Notes: generated by a model not told the origin, from the sequence alone. A stretch of 64,000 nt of DNA from Octopus sinensis (GCF_006345805.1 NC_043001.1:85126001-85190000); one strand, 5' to 3'. Positions 24,970-39,823 are shown, numbered from the stretch's first letter. A program made the numbers and translations.

Positions 24970-25639
24970 CATATAGACAGACAGACAGACAGAGACAGAC
25001 AAATAGAGACAGGGGAAAAAGAGAATAATAGTGAGATTATATAAGTTACTGTATTTCTGGGAGAGACTTTTATCCTTCAAATTCTATGCACAATGTCTTA
25101 TGTGATTTTGTATATTTTGACGGGGAAAGTCTAAGTATATATATGTAAAACGCTTTCCGAAATAAACTTACCCTTCATTTTAGAAGCTCCGAAGAAGGTA
25201 TCAAGTGATGCTCAAGCATTCAGGTTTGGGTGCACTGAATTTTACAGCAGAAACAGCGGCAAACTAATTAAATTTATTTAATCATTTTTTGTTCCTTTTC
25301 ATTTATTTAATTTTACGGTAACATACGCACGCACAAATATATATTGCACTCACTTTTCCATCCACCAAATTCGAATTCTTCATACAAGACATCCTTGAAG
25401 CCTAATTGCAAATAGAACCCACATGTCAGTGGTTGCACAGGAATTAAACCAGGGGCCGCATGCCTACGATTCAGCCTTCTTAGTGATCCAGTCACATCTT
25501 CATTCTTTTAACGCAAGGCAGAAAATCTTTGGTGACACAAAAAAAAAAAAACGTGTCGCAGACTGTTTTGCATAGCAAAAGAACCTGCTTTCGACAGAAA
25601 GATCGAATTTACAGGGTAGAAATGAGAAAAGAATCAATG

Positions 25640-25960
25640 AAACATTTCCAGTTTCATTCACCCCAATATCAATGTTAAACTGTCTGACTTGTTATCTACC
25701 CTGTTCTATGACCACTAAGTGCAATCATTCTCTTGAGATCTGATATCTGCTATTGTGACCAATTTTACGACATAGTACATTTTGCTGTGAAAATTTGCTG
25801 GAGATTGTGCAGAAATGAAGGTGAAAAATATTATTACAGAAATTGAAAATACCTTCCCTGTTTCTGCAATGTATAGTTCCACGGAATTAGGGCATTTAAA
25901 ACAGTAGATCAAATTTCTACTTTTGCAGTTCATATCTGCATTTGTTAAAATCTGTCCATT
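25640..25960 (-). mobile_element. Penelope-like GIY-YIG endonuclease fragment
   Basis: [24 protein letters not shown] matches the C.S.N.IY...C......YIGETG pattern. Confidence 0.7.
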
Positions 25961-25988
25961 TAAAAAAAAATTGATCTACCAGTATAGA

Positions 25989-26096
<108 letters not shown>

Positions 26097-26134
26097 CATA
26101 TACATATATATATACATATACATATATGTATATA

Positions 26135-26543
26135 GGCGCAGGAACGGCTGTGTGGTAAGTAGCTTGCTAACCAACCACATGGTTCCGGGTTCAGTCCCAC
26201 TGCGTGGCACCTTGGGCAAGTGTCTTCTACTTTAGCCTCGGGCCGACCAAAGCCTTGTGAGTGGATTTGGTAGACGGAAACTGAAAGAAGCCCGTCGTAT
26301 ATATGTATATATATATATGTGTGTGTGCATGTGTGTGTGTTTGTGTGTTTGTGTTTGTCCCCCTAGCATTGCTTGACAACTGATGCTGGTGTGTTTATGT
26401 CCCCGTTACTTAGTGGTTCAGCGAAAGAGACCGATAGAATAAGTACTGGGCTTACAAAGAATAAGTCCCGGGTTCGAGTTGCTCGATTAAAGGTGGTGCT
26501 CCAGCATGGCCGCAATCAAATGACTGAAACAATTAAAAGAAAA
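26135..26543 (+). mobile_element. SINE family B, full length
   Basis: Homologous to 18552-18958. Confidence 0.9.
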
Positions 26544-27918
26544 TACAGATATGCACAAACATGTATCGTATATACATACAAACACATACAGATATACAGA
26601 TATACAGAGATTTACATATGTGAAGGCGCGTAGAGAGTGGTTAGGGTGCTGACCTCACCGTGGTACACTCATTACTTCGAGACCTATGTCGAACGATGCG
26701 TTGTGTCTTTCAATGAAGCACTCTATTTCACATTATTGAAGATCACGCAATTGAAATGAAATACCTGCACAAAGAATATCTGCAATGAACTGGCGTATGA
26801 TTCATGTGTTGCAAGCAGTAACATTGTACTCTCTGTCAACTATACGCCATAGAAACGTATGTAGTTCCGGTCTAGTTTGCAAGTAGACTCATTAGATTTA
26901 TCAAACTCTATACGTTCTGATAGCTGCTAACAAGCAAGCATACATGTGCACAGACATAAATAGACAGAAAGACGCACATACGCACGCACACACACGCACT
27001 CACACACGCACACACACGCATGCACACGCAAACACCCGCGCACCTACCAAACCATGCATGCACACTACATCGGTGGAAATAATGTTGTTAAAAATGTTAA
27101 TGACGGAGATGATGGGATAATGAAGATTATGATGACGATAGCCATAGCTAAACAAAAGCGTTTCATTAAATATAGGGAAAAAATAATTACATCTGGAGAC
27201 ATATTATGTTGTGCAGAATATATTAACGCGTGTTCTTTTATACTTGCCAAGCTCAGTAAAATTCATAATAGCATCGAATGTTTCTCTAATAACTTTCAAT
27301 GGTCATAAGCCTAAAAAAGCCGTTTGCAGATTAATTAATCCTGCCAGGAAAACTATAATTACAAACCAAATTCTACTGAGGGACATAAACAACAAAATCA
27401 GGGAGGCAACTGAAATCTAACAGTAGGCAAATAGTCACGTTGCCATTAATTGTTTCAAGTGTATAAATAGCAATATGATGATGGGCTCCTCTATCGATCT
27501 ATATCTTAATACTTGTTGATCAAGTTCTCTGAATTCACCAGCGGATACGTTAGTAGTTTTGATTTTAATATTGAGACTAACTATTTTAACCCGTGCTTCG
27601 CTCGGGTTTTAGTGGTGGTGTTGTTTTGTGCGTGTTGTCTCCTTTTCCCTTTCTTCTTTTGTTCGTTTTCTTTGCCTTTCCCATATTCCTCACCATAGCA
27701 ACCAAACGGTAGCCCCGAGCGACTTGCAACCCTTCTCACACCATTGCCCACCCTATTTTACCCCTCAGTGTAATTTTTAGTGCAAATCCGACCCCATCTA
27801 CCGCCTCTTAAACCGTTCTCATCCCCAAATGAGACGAATAACCAAGAAATCAAACAACTTTCTCGCATTTCAGCTTTATAGATATTGATGATTATATATG
27901 TACCTGAGGTACTACTCA

Positions 27919-30791
27919 TTAGTTAGTTAGTTAGTTAGTTAGTTAATTTGGCTCAAAAGCAAATAGCAAGGCCATGTAGGGGGACATGGAGTTAAGTACA
28001 GGGTGGTGTTCATGTAAAGAGTTCAGGCCACTTGAGGTCCAGGGAGGCTTTGAACAAAGCGGTCGTCGGCATCTTCACCATCTCGTCTGGCAGCTTGTTC
28101 CACGGATCCGCAACCCGGACGGAGAAAGCCCCTCTCCTTCGATTGAGATGAAATCGTCGCAGGTAGAGCTTTTCGGAATGACCCCGCAGCCGACGCTCCG
28201 GAGCAGGAGTGAAGAACAGCTCTTTCGAGTGGTTACACTTCCCGCTTATGATGTTGTGGGCGAGAATGAGATTACCACGGCGGCGGCGTTTTTCAAGAGA
28301 ATAAAGGTCGAGCGTCCTCAGCCTTTCTTCGTAGGACAAATTTTTGAGACCATGAACCATGCGGGTAGCTAGCCTCTGGACTCTTTCGAGGTGCTGTATG
28401 TCTTTGAGGAGATAAGGAGAAGAGGCTTGAATCCCATACTCCAATATGGGTCTCACCAGCGTGACATAGAGTGGCAGGAATATGGCTGCTGTGAGCATTC
28501 CGAATGACCGTCGAATCAAAAACAGAATTCCGCGCGCTTTGTTGGCAGCATGGACGCACTGGGCCGAAGGCGAAAAGGAGGAATCCACCAAGATACCCAG
28601 GTCCTTTACCTGATCGGTCCTCTCCAGCAGCAGACGACCCGGCTCGAAATCAAGTTGAGTTGCAGGAGTAAAGCCGACAGGCAGATGACAGCACTTTGAC
28701 ACGTTCAGACACAGGTCCCAATCGTTAGACCACCTCCAAATTTTGTGGAGGAATCGACGAAGATCCTCTATACTACCGCGAGGAGCGACCAGTTTGATAT
28801 CGTCGGCAAATAGAAGGGTGTGTTGCGTGAGGTCGTCGGGCAAGTCATTTATGAAGACTAAGAACAATAAGGGCCCAAGCACTGAACCTTGAGGCACGCC
28901 ACTGCTCGCACTGGAGACGTCGGACCGCGAACCATTAACTTGAACTTGGAAGGAGCGATCTGAGAGGAAGGCACCAACCCATCGTACAATATCCGGATGG
29001 AAACTATATGCTTGAAGCTTGACAAGTAGTAGGCGGTGGTTTACCGAGTCAAAAGCTTTGGCAAAGTCCAATAAAACGATGTCAACAGCATCACTATCAT
29101 CGAGGATGCGCGTCACCAATTCTTCCATTACTAGTAAGTTGGTCAAGCATGATCTCTTCGGCACGAAGCCGTGTTGGGAATCAGTGATCGAGGCTGTGTT
29201 TAGGAGGTGGAGCATCATACTTTTCTTAAGGATGGTTTCGAACATCTTGCTGATTATTGATGTAAGGGAAACCGGTCGGTAGTTAAGCGGGTTTTCGCGG
29301 CTCCCTTTCTTGAAAATTGGGCAGATTATCGCTGTTCTCCAGTCTGCAGGTATAACACCCGTCGCCAATGACATATTGAATAGTCGTGTTAAGGGCTCGC
29401 AGATGACCGGAGCCAACGCTTTGATAACCCGTGGGTGTATGCTGTCAGGGCCGTGACCCTTGTTGACATCGAGGCCTTGAATAACACGTTTGACTTGGTC
29501 CCGCGTGATGATCAATCGAAGCATTGGAGGTACCGATCTATCAAATGGAGGGGGTTCACGACCATCATCTTGTTTGAAAATAGTTGAAAAAGCCTCGGCA
29601 AATAATTGACTCTGTTGATAAGGGTCCTCAATCGATACGCCTGTTGAGTCTACCAACGTTGCAATCTGGTTGTTCAAGCGGGAATTCCGCTGGACATGGG
29701 CAAAGAAGTTTTTGGATTGCTACTGGCATTTGCCGCGATTTTGTATTCATAACTGAAGCGTTTTCTTTTCAATTTTCACGGCTCGGTCTCGTTGAGTTTT
29801 GTACACCTCAAAAGCTGCAGTCGAATCCAGATTTTTGAATTCAGCCCAAGCAATATCTCTGAGTCGACGTTCTCGTTTAACCTTCTTCGTCACCCAGGGC
29901 TTGTGTTCTTCCTCTTGGGAAGTCCAACGGGAACTGCCTGGTCAGTCAAACAGATTACATATGCTTTGAGGGATGACCATAGTTCGTCAACTGAGGACAA
30001 CGTCATCAGGGAACGCCAGTCCAGAAGCGCGGAAGCCTCGGTTAGAATTTCAAGATTAATTGCAGAGAAGACTCTACGTGGCAGCGAAGTAATCGTGGGC
30101 GTGGAAAAAGTTGTGTGCATGACGAACCTCAGGACCGCATGATCACTCTTGGCAAGAGGGGCGCACACAGATACGTCTGACACTGATCTTGGATAGCGGG
30201 AGAATACCAGATCTAGCATAGATGGCTGCTGCCCAGACCGATGCCTTGTCGGATATTCAACATGTTGCGAGAGAAAACAATCTTCAGCCACGTCAAGAAG
30301 GGCCTGGCCGAACCGGGAAGATGTTGTACAAATTGATGCGGGCCAATCGATCGTGGGAGCGTTGAAGTCGCCTAGTACCAAGCAGTCATGCGAAGCTGAA
30401 ACGAATCTTATCGCTTCGAGTAGATGAGCATCGTCCTGGGGGTCGGCTAGAGGCGGCCTGTAGACAGCCAACACGGGCAGGCAAAACTCAGATAGGCTCA
30501 GCTTGCAATAGACGGCATCGAATTTGGTTGTAGGTTGAGCATTTGTGGGTAGAATACCGCAGGAGGTTTGTGCTCAGACTTAACATACACAGCAACACCT
30601 CCACGTCGCCTTTTTCCTCTGTCACATCTGAAAAGGACGTAGCCCTGCAGGTGGATCTCTGAGTCCTTTACTGCTGGAGTCAGCCAAGTCTCGGTGATAG
30701 CTATCACATCAGGGGAGTCGCGTAGGGCCAGTGTAAATAGTTCACTGAACTTTGGGAATAAGGAGCACGAGTTGGTGTAGACGATGCGCAT
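27919..30791 (-). mobile_element. CR1-type non-LTR retrotransposon, ORF2 (APE endonuclease + RT), 5'-truncated
   Basis: EN motifs AITETWL, GGVAVYV, AVYRPP, GDFNAP, SDH. RT motifs NYRPVSLTS, LDFAKAFDSV, GVPQGSVLGP, LFADD, YLG. Short 3' UTR ending in an (AACT)n tail at 27919-27944. Several frameshifts in 29700-30500; RT ORF 28010-29677 open. Confidence 0.92.
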
Positions 30792-31780
30792 AGTATGCGC
30801 ATTACACTATGCGCTCGTCATTTACGTATATCCATGCATAGCACGCTGAATTGAAAAGCTAGAACATTATGTTAGGCAAAAATTTAATTATTTTTCTCTG
30901 TTTAATGCTATTGCAAAACTACAGAACCATTTTCATCCCTTAACCAGAGTCTTTGTTTTTCAATTAAGCAAATTTATTCACTTCTTCCGATGCAATAAGT
31001 TCGTGATTATCTCTACGGTATTTAAAAATCACATTTTATCAAAATGATATTCTAAATCAGGTTTGACTTAATGTATCGGAAAATTTAGACACTAATCTAG
31101 AAACTTCTAAATTCACTATAAAAACTTTGTTTGTTACTTGAATTAGAAAATATTATCCATAGGGAATTTCTTGCTCATTGAAATATTTTATATTCTAAAT
31201 TTTTTTCCATTGTTCGAATATTTAAAAGTAGAAAAAAAATGATTGTGCGTTAAAATAGTTTTGATATCTTTTAGATGGGAATTGTTTATTCAGACTATAA
31301 GTTAGAATACAATTATCTGAATAAGATTCGGCTTAATTTGTAGTAAATTTTTGATACCGATTTAAAGACTATTAAAAATGTTCTATAAACTTGTGTATAA
31401 TTGCAATTATATAACATAATAGATAATTGCTACATTCTGTGGCTATAGGAATTTTGATATTATAACATTATATATAGTCTTGTTTAAAATATGCTGGGGT
31501 GGGTAGGACCTTTGTGAATAATATGCCAAGTTGGAAAACTTTCACGGTGTCGACATTTCTATGTCTGCAGTATGAAGATTATTATATAATACATATTATA
31601 CTTACTCTTGCTTTTCTTCTTGTTCTTTTTGTAGAATCTGCTGATATTGGTTTTTGGTTTTAGCTGATTGAGCTGACTAGGGATCAAAAGGGTTTCAAAT
31701 ATCCTGTATTTTTCTGACGTCGTTTATCTAGGACAACAATATGTCTTTTATACGACACTAGGATGTGTGAAATTTAAAGA

Positions 31781-31915
31781 TACCGATAGAATAGGTACTA
31801 GGCTTGCAAAAATATGTCCTGGGATCGATTTGCTCGACTAAAGGCGGTGCTCCAGCATGGCCACAGACAAATGCCTGAAACAAGTAAAGAGAGTAAAGAG
31901 AATAAAGAGAGTATC
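31781..31915 (+). mobile_element. SINE family B tail fragment
   Basis: GATTTGCTCGACTAAAGGCGGTGCTCCAGCATGGCC. Confidence 0.75.
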
Positions 31916-32527
31916 ATAATTGACTTAGTTACAAAATCATAACAAAGTGCACGAATGTAGAACCATCTAGATTTAAGTTTTACAGTAATGGACTTAAGCA
32001 ATTATGACAGAATATTATATGTGTGCCAGTTAAGTAGCAGGTAATCCAATATATTGATAACTCCGTCAGTTTTGATAGTAAGGCTTATGGTAAAGGAATT
32101 CGTGTCTGAGTGAGGTACCCAGCTAAATGGTGTACCAGACTGTTTTTGATGACTTCAGTATGGAGAGAAAAGAGAGATACCTGTCGGTAGTCATACAGTT
32201 TGCTATGAGACCTAGAATTAAGGTTCAAGTGTTCCTGCGACGATTGCATGTCTTCTGTTTTCGAAACAAAGTACAATTGTGACATATAAAAAGTTCAAAT
32301 ATCAAATAACAATTTTCTAATAAAATGCAGTTAGGCATTTTGAGGAGAAAACTGATGACTTCCAGAATAAGATGGCAACAGTGACAATTATGAGAGACCG
32401 CGTATTTTCTTCCTAGCATTAAAGTTGCAAATAAAGTACTTGGTGCAAAATATTAATAATCTCTAATGTATCGGGTACTTTACTAAATCTGTTAACAAAG
32501 GTACCGTATACTACAAACACACTCATA

Positions 32528-32578
<51 letters not shown>

Positions 32579-32864
32579 CTTCAGGTCTCAGAATATTCCC
32601 TATTCTATATCCTGATCCATTATCTGTGAGGCTTGCCCATACAATACTAACCTGAGAATATGTAAATTGTGTTTCAGGGAATCCCTTGCAATGTTCTGCC
32701 ATCAGAACCCCTCAGTATTCAGTAGATTTCCAGAAATCCTTTCATGTGAGTACAAGGATTATTCCTCATTTGCCCATTACGTAAGGTCTATAGAAATCTC
32801 CTAATTGCCTTAAGTTACAGCTTAACTCTGCAAGCCCATCCACTTATACCTCCCCTTCAATATA

Positions 32865-32898
<34 letters not shown>

Positions 32899-32988
32899 GG
32901 AAGAGTTTACGAAAAGACAAAAGACGAAGACATATGGTGTACAAAACAAACAGATGTATTGGTATAACGCTCAGGAATAGAAAAAAGT

Positions 32989-33024
32989 CTATTACGTTTC
33001 GAGCCTATGTTCTTCTACAGAAAG
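32989..33024 (-). ncRNA. Hammerhead-like motif with CUGUAGA core
   Basis: CUUU-CUGUAGA-A-GAAC-AUAG-GCUC-GAAAC-GUA-AUAG; one mismatch each in stems I and II. The host repeat (32898-33130) has an inverted partial copy near 33830-33880. Confidence 0.45.
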
Positions 33025-33696
33025 GGACACAGAAAAAAACAAGGAGAGAAACAAGGAGAGAAAAAAGGAGAGAAAAACAGAGAGAAAAGAAGGAGAGAAA
33101 AAAAGAAGAGAAAAAAGAAGAGAAAAAAGGAGAAAAAATACATGAACCCACACACACACGTATATATATATATATATGTATTGCCTCCGAACATTCCTCC
33201 TTACACAGCCACTTATGGCACCACCCCACTTTCATTCCTTGAATTTCACACACCATCTACCAACATTAAAATTATTTAGTAATTACGAGCCCACCAACCC
33301 CACAGTTGTCGAACCTGAGATATGCTTTCTCGTCTTAATTTTCTGTATTTTTTGTACACAGGGTAAATTAGTTTTACAAATATCTATATGCTAATACACG
33401 AACGTTCATCTTCTGAATATTTTCAGGCTTAGTTTCTCTCTTTATATATATATATACGCCTATATAAATTTACATATATATGTATATTATATTTGTCAAG
33501 TCTAGGCGTGTTTACTCTTTACCCCGCAAGCTTAATCATCGATAGAGACTTCGGGGTTCAAATCATTTGAGCACTACCACGTATTTACTATATTGAGCAT
33601 CTCTGGATCTCACCTGTTGAATCTGTCTGCCAGCCTGCCTGTCTGTCTCTTTGTCGGTCCTTTCATCTCTCTCTCTCTGTCTCTCTCTCTCTCCCG

Positions 33697-33739
<43 letters not shown>

Positions 33740-33880
33740 CCATGTTAGAACACTGAACACAACAGGTAAATTTTTTCATACTCTAGTTCTCTCATTCTTT
33801 CCCTAGCGTCAAGTTAGTACACTTGCTTGCAATACCTACACCTGCCTTCGTCTTTTGCTTATTTTTGTAAACTTTCCCTT

Positions 33881-33911
<31 letters not shown>

Positions 33912-33932
33912 TATTATATATATATTATATAT

Positions 33933-33977
<45 letters not shown>

Positions 33978-34479
33978 ATATCTATATATATTATATATAA
34001 ATGAACGTGTATGAATATGTGTGTGTGTGCGTACAGGAATACATACATAACTACATATATGCACGCACAAATATACGCTTATATATGTGTATGTGCATGT
34101 GTATGTGCGTGGCTTTTTTTATCTTTAAAACCAGGCGTTATTTCTCAAACACCATTGTAGGTTTCAACCCTATTAACGTCACCTTGTCATTCTGATATTC
34201 ACACTTCTACAAACTTTTTACCGCTTTCTTACACTCGTTATTTTTTTCATTTCTTTTTTTACTTTCATCGTTTGCGCGTAATTTGTATTTTTGTTATTAA
34301 ACAATTTTCTCATAAATAAATAAATGAATAAATGAGTAAAAGATAAAGTCTTTCTCTTGCTGATTAAAAATAAAATCCAATTATTTTCTCCTCATCTACG
34401 TTAAGATTAAAGACAATGCAAGTAATCTTCAACGCCATTGTTATCGTCATCCACATCGTAGTCGTCGTGGTGTCATTAA

Positions 34480-34700
34480 CTTCGCAGTCATCGCCCTCGT
34501 GATCATTATCATTGTCGTCGATGTGTCATCATCTTCACCGTCATGGTTCTCGTCATCATCATCATCGTCGTTGTCATCATGATGATGATCATCATCACCG
34601 TCGTCGTCAACATTATCCTTTTCATCATCATCATCATCATCATCACCATCGTCGTCGTCGCTGCCATGGTGATCGTGGCCGTCTTGGTCGTCGTTATTAT
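34480..34700. repeat. Degenerate (CAT/CGT)n trinucleotide repeat
   Basis: Direct. Confidence 0.9.
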
Positions 34701-35038
34701 CGTTTCCCTTGCCCATTTGTTGAAATTCAACAGCCTGCACGATATTTCAAGATCATTAAGATTACAACCGTTGCTTTAATCGCGATTATTAGCTACCGTT
34801 ATCTGTGAGATGAAAGTAACACTTCTGATATGATAAATATTATTTGCTTTCTATCTGAATGCTGTGCAAAGTAAAGAGAGCTTCTCTAACACAGCCCGCA
34901 CAATTGATATATATGTACGTGTTATCGCTGTTGAAGCGCTAATATACAACTACATTGTATACTAGCACACGCATGCCTATATTGGTGCGTACGTGTGTTG
35001 GTGTTCTTCTTGGTGGTGGTATAGAGTAATATTTGTAA

Positions 35039-35270
35039 GCAGCGAGTTGGCAGAAAAGTTAGCGCGAAGGGCGAAATGTTTAGCGGTATTTCATCTGTCG
35101 TTACGTTCTGAGTTCAAATTCTGCCGAGGTCGACTTTGCTTTTCATCCTTTCGGGGTCGATAAATTAAGTACCAGTTACACACTGGGGTCGATGTAATCG
35201 ACTTAATACATATGTCTGTCCTTGTTTGTTCCCTCTATGTTTGGCTAATTGTGGGTAGTAAAGAAATAGG
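35039..35270 (+). mobile_element. SINE family A, full length
   Basis: Near-identical organisation to 51203-51438. Confidence 0.85.
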
Positions 35271-35419
35271 TATAGAGGTAATATCGGTTAGCTATTGTTA
35301 ATGATACACGTCAAATACAGAACGGTTTATGTAGTTGCTAATTGATTCTATTAGCTGCTTATATTCATATGCGCATATATGTTCAGTATAGTTGTGAAGT
35401 TTTGTAGTGGCACTTCGTC

Positions 35420-35782
35420 GGTTATTACGACGAGGGTTCCAGCTGACCCAATCATCGGAACAGCCAGCTCGTGAAATTAACGTATAAGTGGTTGAGTACT
35501 CCACAGATACGTGCTCCGTTAATATAGTTCTCGGGGAGATTCAGCGTGACACAGAGTGTGACAAGGCTGGGCCTTTTAAATACGGGTACAACAGAAACAG
35601 GAAGAAATAGTAAGAGAAAGTTGTGATGAGAGAGTAGAGCAGAGTTCACCACCAACCCCTGCCGGAACCACGTGGAACTTTAGGTGTTTCCGCTCTATAA
35701 ACACTCACAACACCCGGTCTGGGAATTGAAACTGCGATCCTACGACCACGAGTCTACTGCGCTAACCACTGAGCCATTGCGC
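35420..35782 (-). mobile_element. tRNA-derived SINE with a family-C-like head and a different 3' body
   Basis: CTAACCACTGAGCCATTGCGCC end and TTAGGTGTT block shared with family C; the 3' half is unrelated. Confidence 0.65.
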
Positions 35783-35819
35783 CCCCCCCCCACACACACA
35801 TATACGCACACACAGAGTA

Positions 35820-35898
<79 letters not shown>

Positions 35899-35904
35899 TA
35901 TATG

Positions 35905-35953
<49 letters not shown>

Positions 35954-35966
35954 ATGTATGCATATA

Positions 35967-37231
35967 CGAAGTCTGATCAATAAGTATCCGGTCTCTTGAC
36001 ATAGTAACGAAGCAAAATTATGCAGAGTTAAGCCTCTCGGCAAAGATTCACCTTCAATGCTTCTGTGCATGTGCACCAAGTTTTAAAGTTCTAACTCACT
36101 TCCGCTGTTTACAGCAGTGTTTGAAAGGAAGATGTGTAGCGTGTGATCATCGTATTGACCATGAGAGACAAGTTGTCATGGCGATACTTGCTCAGAGGCT
36201 TATACAAAATTTTAGAAAGTGTATAGAGAGGCGTGTTTGAGCCGCACACAAGTGTATGAGTGGTTCAGACGTTTCCAAGATGGCTGAAAAATGTTGATAT
36301 TGACGAACGTTCTTGGAGACCCGCAAACAGCAGAACTGAGAAAAACATCGCAGATGTGTGTGCAGCTGAGAGTGGAAATCATCGAATCACCATTTGTAAG
36401 TTATCAGAATATGCGCAGTTTAGTTACGGTTCATTTCAGTTAATTATCACTGAAGATTTGGGTATGGAACGCGAGTCTGCCAAGTTTGTGCCAAAACCGC
36501 TTTCAGGTGACCAAAATGACACTCGGGCTTCAGTTGCCGAAGATCTCCTTGATTGTGTCGAGAACGATGAAAACTTTTTTAAAGCATTGTTTTTTTTTGT
36601 TTGTTCCTTCTCGAGCCATACTTGGTTTCCCGGTTTCCTTGGCGTATAGGTTCCCCATTTGGACGAGACGCCGGTCCGTCGCAGGTGAGCTGCAAGATGC
36701 AGGAGGAAAGCGTGAGAGAAAGTTGTGGTGAAAGAGTCAGCAGAAGTTCGCCATTACCTTCTGCCGGAGCCGCGTGGAGCTTAGGTGTTTTGCTCATAAA
36801 CACACACATCGGCCGGTCTGAGATTGGAACCCGCGAGTCCGCTGCTCTAACCACTAGGTCATGTGCCTCCACAAAACATTGGTTTACTTCTTCCTCATTC
36901 TGCTTCTCTGCAAAATTCACTTGCTGTGAAATGACTGCCACTCGACAGAAGAAAACTAGTATTACACCTTTGTTATCAAGCACGTTAAGATTTTTGCAAA
37001 AGTTGATGCAAATCCTCCTCTCAACCATCTTTGTTATGTACAATGCAACAATCACACGCTATACACGTTCCTTACAGGCACTGCTGCAAATAGTTAAAGT
37101 GAGCTAGAACGTTAAAACTTAATGTGCATGCTCAGCAGAGTTCAAGGTCCATCTTTTCGAAGCAGCTTTGATCTACGTACTTTTGCTACGTGACTATGGC
37201 AACAGTTCGGATACATATTGATCAGAACACG
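35967..37231 (+). mobile_element. Mariner-like relic with ~215-bp imperfect inverted arms, interrupted by a SINE
   Basis: TA-CGAAGTCTGATCAATAAGTATCCGG at left, reverse-complement-like end at right; N-terminal transposase (VYEWFRRF, SAKFVPK.L) truncated before the first catalytic Asp; right arm encodes MVERRICINFCKNL on the minus strand. Confidence 0.8.
36587..36873 (-). mobile_element. tRNA-derived SINE, family C, inserted in the mariner relic
   Basis: Full-length; imperfect target duplication aaa(g)cattg on both sides. Confidence 0.85.
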
Positions 37232-37429
37232 CATGTATACATACATACGGATATATGCATATATATTTATGTGTGTGTGTGCGTGTGTGTGTGTGTCTGT
37301 GCGTGTGCGTATAAGTATTTACATACATCCACATTCCCGGCCGATGCACAGGTTATTTTTATCGATGGTAAAGTGGTAAGTATCCCCGGGCTTCGATTCC
37401 GCATCGGGGACATTTCCGTGTCTTTATAG

Positions 37430-37995
<566 letters not shown>

Positions 37996-39059
37996 AAAAC
38001 AAAAGAATTATTGACGTGCGAATGTGTATTAGTACTAAAAGTCTTGTTGCGTGAAATTCTAAAGTGCCTATATTGATGTGTATATATGTGTTTGTGTTGT
38101 ATATGGCAGAGTGGTGATAATATTTTGTTGTTACTAATGGTTTATATTGCTACCAATCTTATATATTAAATTTTATTGGCGGGTGTGTACATGTATGTGG
38201 TGTGATTTGATGTAACGTATGCTATTATTTTGTTTTCACTTTCTTTTAGTGCTTCTGGATAGCATTTGAAAGACCTGTTTGGAGTGCAGTCAAAATTTAT
38301 GATGGATCGAACACACTATTTGAAATCCATTTTCTTTCATTGCATTGGAAATAAACGGTACCAAATGGATTTCATTTAACTGCACTAAGTGTGATTGTGC
38401 TCCGCTTTGCTATATATTTTAATGTATTTCGTGTATTGTGTGAATGTTGCGCAGGTGTTTTATTTAACTTTGGGTATTTTGTTCTATTGTGCGCGAGTCA
38501 CGTTTATTTATTTACTTTTGATGTTTATTTGCATCTGATTTTGCTTCATCTTATTGATAAGACGAAATGGTGATAGATTTGGCAGCTGCTACATATTTTT
38601 CTCTTTCTTCGGAGCCAAGTTTTAGGTTATTGACGTAGTGTTGAAGTGGTGATTAAAGTAATGATGTAGTATTGAAGTAGTTTTACAGATGTGTTTGCTG
38701 AATAGTAAGAGAACGTAACTGTAATGTATGAATATAAAACAAAATACGTGAATGGACATCTCTTTCTAGCACACTATTTGATAAATTTCATATACTACGT
38801 GCTTGTCATTTTATATTGTATAACATATATCGGTGTAGGAGATAATTTCTTGTGCTGTATAGGAAAATCTGCTGCCGATACTAATCTGGAGTGTTCCTCT
38901 GAGCCTATTTTTTAATATTTATTAACCATTCACAACAAGTCAATTAAGAACTCTTACTGCTTTCTATATCTTTATTTCTACACTTATATTTTATTCTCAA
39001 ACTCATCTATCGACAATGGTTCAACAACATGATAGATGTATCTCAAATTGCATATGAAA

Positions 39060-39450
39060 AGTTTTATCAAAAATCCTTCTAGATTAAGGGACACAAAACT
39101 ACCCTGAAGCTGTCCGTGCGTTCAGCAGTACTATCAACACACTTCTTTATGCTAAGGCGACGAGGACTTCTTGTTGATGAGATCGTAAACAGTACCTATA
39201 AGCTAAAACACACGGAAATGATAAGCCTGGTGCTGATGATCGATAGCCATCAGCTGCATTGGACGGGTTATATTCAAATTGTAAACAATGTATGACTACA
39301 GAAGAGCTCTTTTCATTCCAAATGGCAGCAGACAAACATCTTCATAGAAGACCACATCTGAACTCAAGAAAGGTCTTCAAAGAAAGTCACACACTCGGTA
39401 ACATTCTACCATAATAACATGAAAGGCTTGCAGAATTTCATAGAAACCAA
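39060..39450 (+). mobile_element. Decayed RTE-like LINE 3' fragment
   Basis: Manual translation contains QLHWTGYI, similar to the RTE QLRWTGHV motif; otherwise degraded. Confidence 0.45.
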
Positions 39451-39500
39451 TGCTGAAATTGCTGTTATCGTCGAAATATATATATATTATATATATATAT

Positions 39501-39535
<35 letters not shown>

Positions 39536-39544
39536 CATATATAT

Positions 39545-39674
39545 ATCCACTCACAACGCTTTGGTCGGCCCGAGGCTATAGAAGAAGACACCCGCCCAAG
39601 TTGCCCCGCAGTGGGACTGAAACCGGCACCACGTGGTTACTAAGAAAGCTACTTACCACACAGCCATGCCTGCG
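39545..39674 (-). mobile_element. SINE family B head fragment
   Basis: GGTCGGCCCGAGGCTATAG..GCAGTGGGACTGAA..CTTACCACACAGCC. Confidence 0.78.
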
Positions 39675-39750
39675 GGTATGGTATTAATTTTTTTCTTTAA
39701 TTGGTTTACACGCTGGCTACTCGATAAAAATCTTATATAGATTTTATCCT

Positions 39751-39823
<73 letters not shown>

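Noticed and set aside
25524-25603. Minus-strand CUGUCGA...GACAC hammerhead-like motif downstream of the GIY-YIG fragment
   Set aside because: Both core segments deviate and helix I/III cannot be drawn convincingly.
27986-30142. Plus-strand ORFs over the CR1 element
   Set aside because: Antisense shadows of the GC-balanced LINE ORF2.
34447-34808. Poly-Asp, poly-His and poly-Ile ORFs
   Set aside because: Frames of a degenerate (CAT)n repeat; no splice or domain support.
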